From Octopus sinensis (lineage: Eukaryota): a stretch of 64,000 nt of DNA. The stretch lies in the NCBI RefSeq assembly GCF_006345805.1, contig NW_021833892.1, forward strand, positions 186,001 through 250,000, given 5' to 3'. Positions 62,290 through 64,000 of the stretch are shown piece after piece (positions within the stretch are counted from its first letter, which is position 1; each line of letters begins with the position of its first letter). The notes below the pieces were generated by a model, which worked only from the letters and a program-made list of their open reading frames with translations, did no database searches and had not been told where the DNA came from. The position numbers were made by a program, and so were the translations under genes.

Positions 62290-64000
62290 AAATCTTATCT
62301 GCGCTTCCGAAGCGAATCATTCATCCAGTAAGGATTCAAAAAATCGGCCAGACCCACTGTGGCCAAGTCCCTCGCAGCCTTGATCGACCAGGCGCTGGCT
62401 TCCAGCGCTCCTGACCCTTGGTTCAAGCTGTTCTCTTTCTTTCCCGTTTGCCTCAATTCTTCTCCCATGCGCTCATGCGCTGCTAATCACGTTTCTTCTG
62501 CCCAGCGGATTAAGGACGTTGTACATCTTACGTCCACTCAGAGTTCAACTCTGATTGGCTGTCTGTCTCTCTCACGCCCCCTTGTAAGGAGGCACCCTCA
62601 AAACGGCCCGGTCTCGCAGAATTGCGCTTTTCCCGGGCAGTCCGAAGCAAACTCCTCCAGGGCGATATCTCTGGAGCAGTGCGCGCAATTTCATCCAACT
62701 CCTCTGTGGCTCCTCGGTGTGATGCTGTCCTGAATCAACTCCGCAGCAAACACCCAAGCTCCCACCGACCTCCGTGCAACACCGACGTTAGTTTCGGCTC
62801 CGTCCAACCCGATAACCTCGTCTGAGGTTTCGGCCGCTCTCGGGTCTTTTGCGCCCAGTAGCAGCGGCGGGATAGACGGTGTTAAAGCCCATCCACCTAC
62901 GCGATCTCCTGAGCCCATTGACCCACGAATCCGGAAAAGACCTGCTATCTTCTGTCACTCGTCTTTGTTCGCACATTGTCTCGGGCGAGATTCCAACCGT
63001 CGCCAGAGATCTTCTTTTCTCTGCTGGCCTCATTGCCCTGTCGAAAGCCGATGGTGGCGTGAGGCCCATTGCGGTCGTAACGTTTTCAAGGAGACTCTCG
63101 GCCAAGATAATGTCCCGCAGGGTGGTTCCCCCCCTGAGTCTGGAGTTTCTCCTTTCCAGTACGGTGCCGGCGTCCAAGGTGCCTGCGAAATTCTCGCGCA
63201 CGGCACTCGCCAACTTGTCCAGTCAAAGCCAGAAGACTGCAAGTTCATCGTGAAGCTGGACGTCAGCAACGCATTCAACTGCGTCCGCCGGGACCATCTG
63301 CTCGAAGTGGTCTCGGCACGTGCCCCGTTCTCTTCCCAATTGTAAAGCTGGCATACTCTGCCCCAAGCTGCCTTCTGATCCATGATCAGATCATCATGTC
63401 AGAATGCGGCATTCAGCAGGGTGACCCACTGGGCCCATTGCTGTTTGCCCTCTCTGTTGACCACATTGCACGGAACCTTTCTTCCACTGTTAACTTCTGG
63501 TACCTGGACGACGTGACGATTGGTGGACCTACAAGAGGTCGTTATGGAAGACGTTAAGAGAATCACTTCCGGTTTCTCCAAGATCGGACTATCTCTTAAC
63601 GGCGGAAAATGCGAACTCGTAAACATTTCTCTTGCCCCCGCCGCTCTCCGCAACACATTCTCCTCTCTCAGCAGCCTGATCGTTGGGTTAAGGCTAACGC
63701 CCACCAGCGATCTAGTTATCTTGGGCTCTCCATTTCCGCTGTTGGCATAGAAAATGCTTATCGTCTAAATGGGACGAAATTAAACTACTCACTGATCGGA
63801 TCCGTGGGCTTGGCTCGCATCTTGCGTTTTTCTTGTTGAAGAACTTTCTTTTCGTCCCCAGACTGACCTATATTCTCCGTTCCTCCCCGTGTTTCGCTGC
63901 CACAGACTCATTATCCAGAATCGATAATCTTGTCCACCAATCGCTAACATTCCACCTCATTTGAGGTTCACTGCTGACGGTTTTACCCGTGCCATTTACC
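62290..64000 (+). mobile_element. CRE-clade non-LTR retrotransposon with RT core, running off the window end
   Basis: LIALSKADGGVRPIAV, PFQYGAGV, KLDVSNAFNCV, GIQQGDPLGPLLFAL, FWYLDDV. Confidence 0.92.

Overview
Eukaryotic, AT-rich, animal-type genomic DNA read in the standard genetic code. About a quarter of the window is 11 compact host genes: GRP94/HSP90B1, TTLL1, a CENP-I-like gene, a group I PAK, HINT, a CTP-synthase-like gene, AMP deaminase, RBM39, cytosolic TrpRS, a Max-like bHLH and IFT81. These genes are split by very short spliceosomal introns; those I counted are 22-31 nt, mostly 23-26 nt. Micro-introns, metazoan genes and ciliary genes together suggest a dicyemid-like reduced parasite (inference). 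Most of the rest is nested transposon debris: about 12 CRE-clade non-LTR fragments, R4/Dong, RTE and other LINE relics, hAT, Tigger/pogo, Tc1, Ginger, Merlin and a Helitron family carrying a 94-bp tandem array. Most notable are (1) an intact multi-exon CTP synthase homologue whose synthetase active-site motifs are gone while the glutaminase Cys-His-Glu triad is kept, (2) a fold-back Merlin built from two identical ends, nested Tc1 > Ginger > Merlin, with host-style micro-introns in the transposases, (3) the one long RBM39 intron, at the position of the vertebrate poison exon, (4) a miniaturised CENP-I-like gene 73 bp head-to-head with TTLL1, and (5) an SL-RNA-like repeat unit inside a Helitron. 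Single-base deletions in homopolymers frameshift several conserved genes, so the assembly has indel errors and frameshifts are weak evidence of decay. All protein assignments are by motif recognition from manual translation; no searches were run. Boundaries of degenerate TE relics are approximate.
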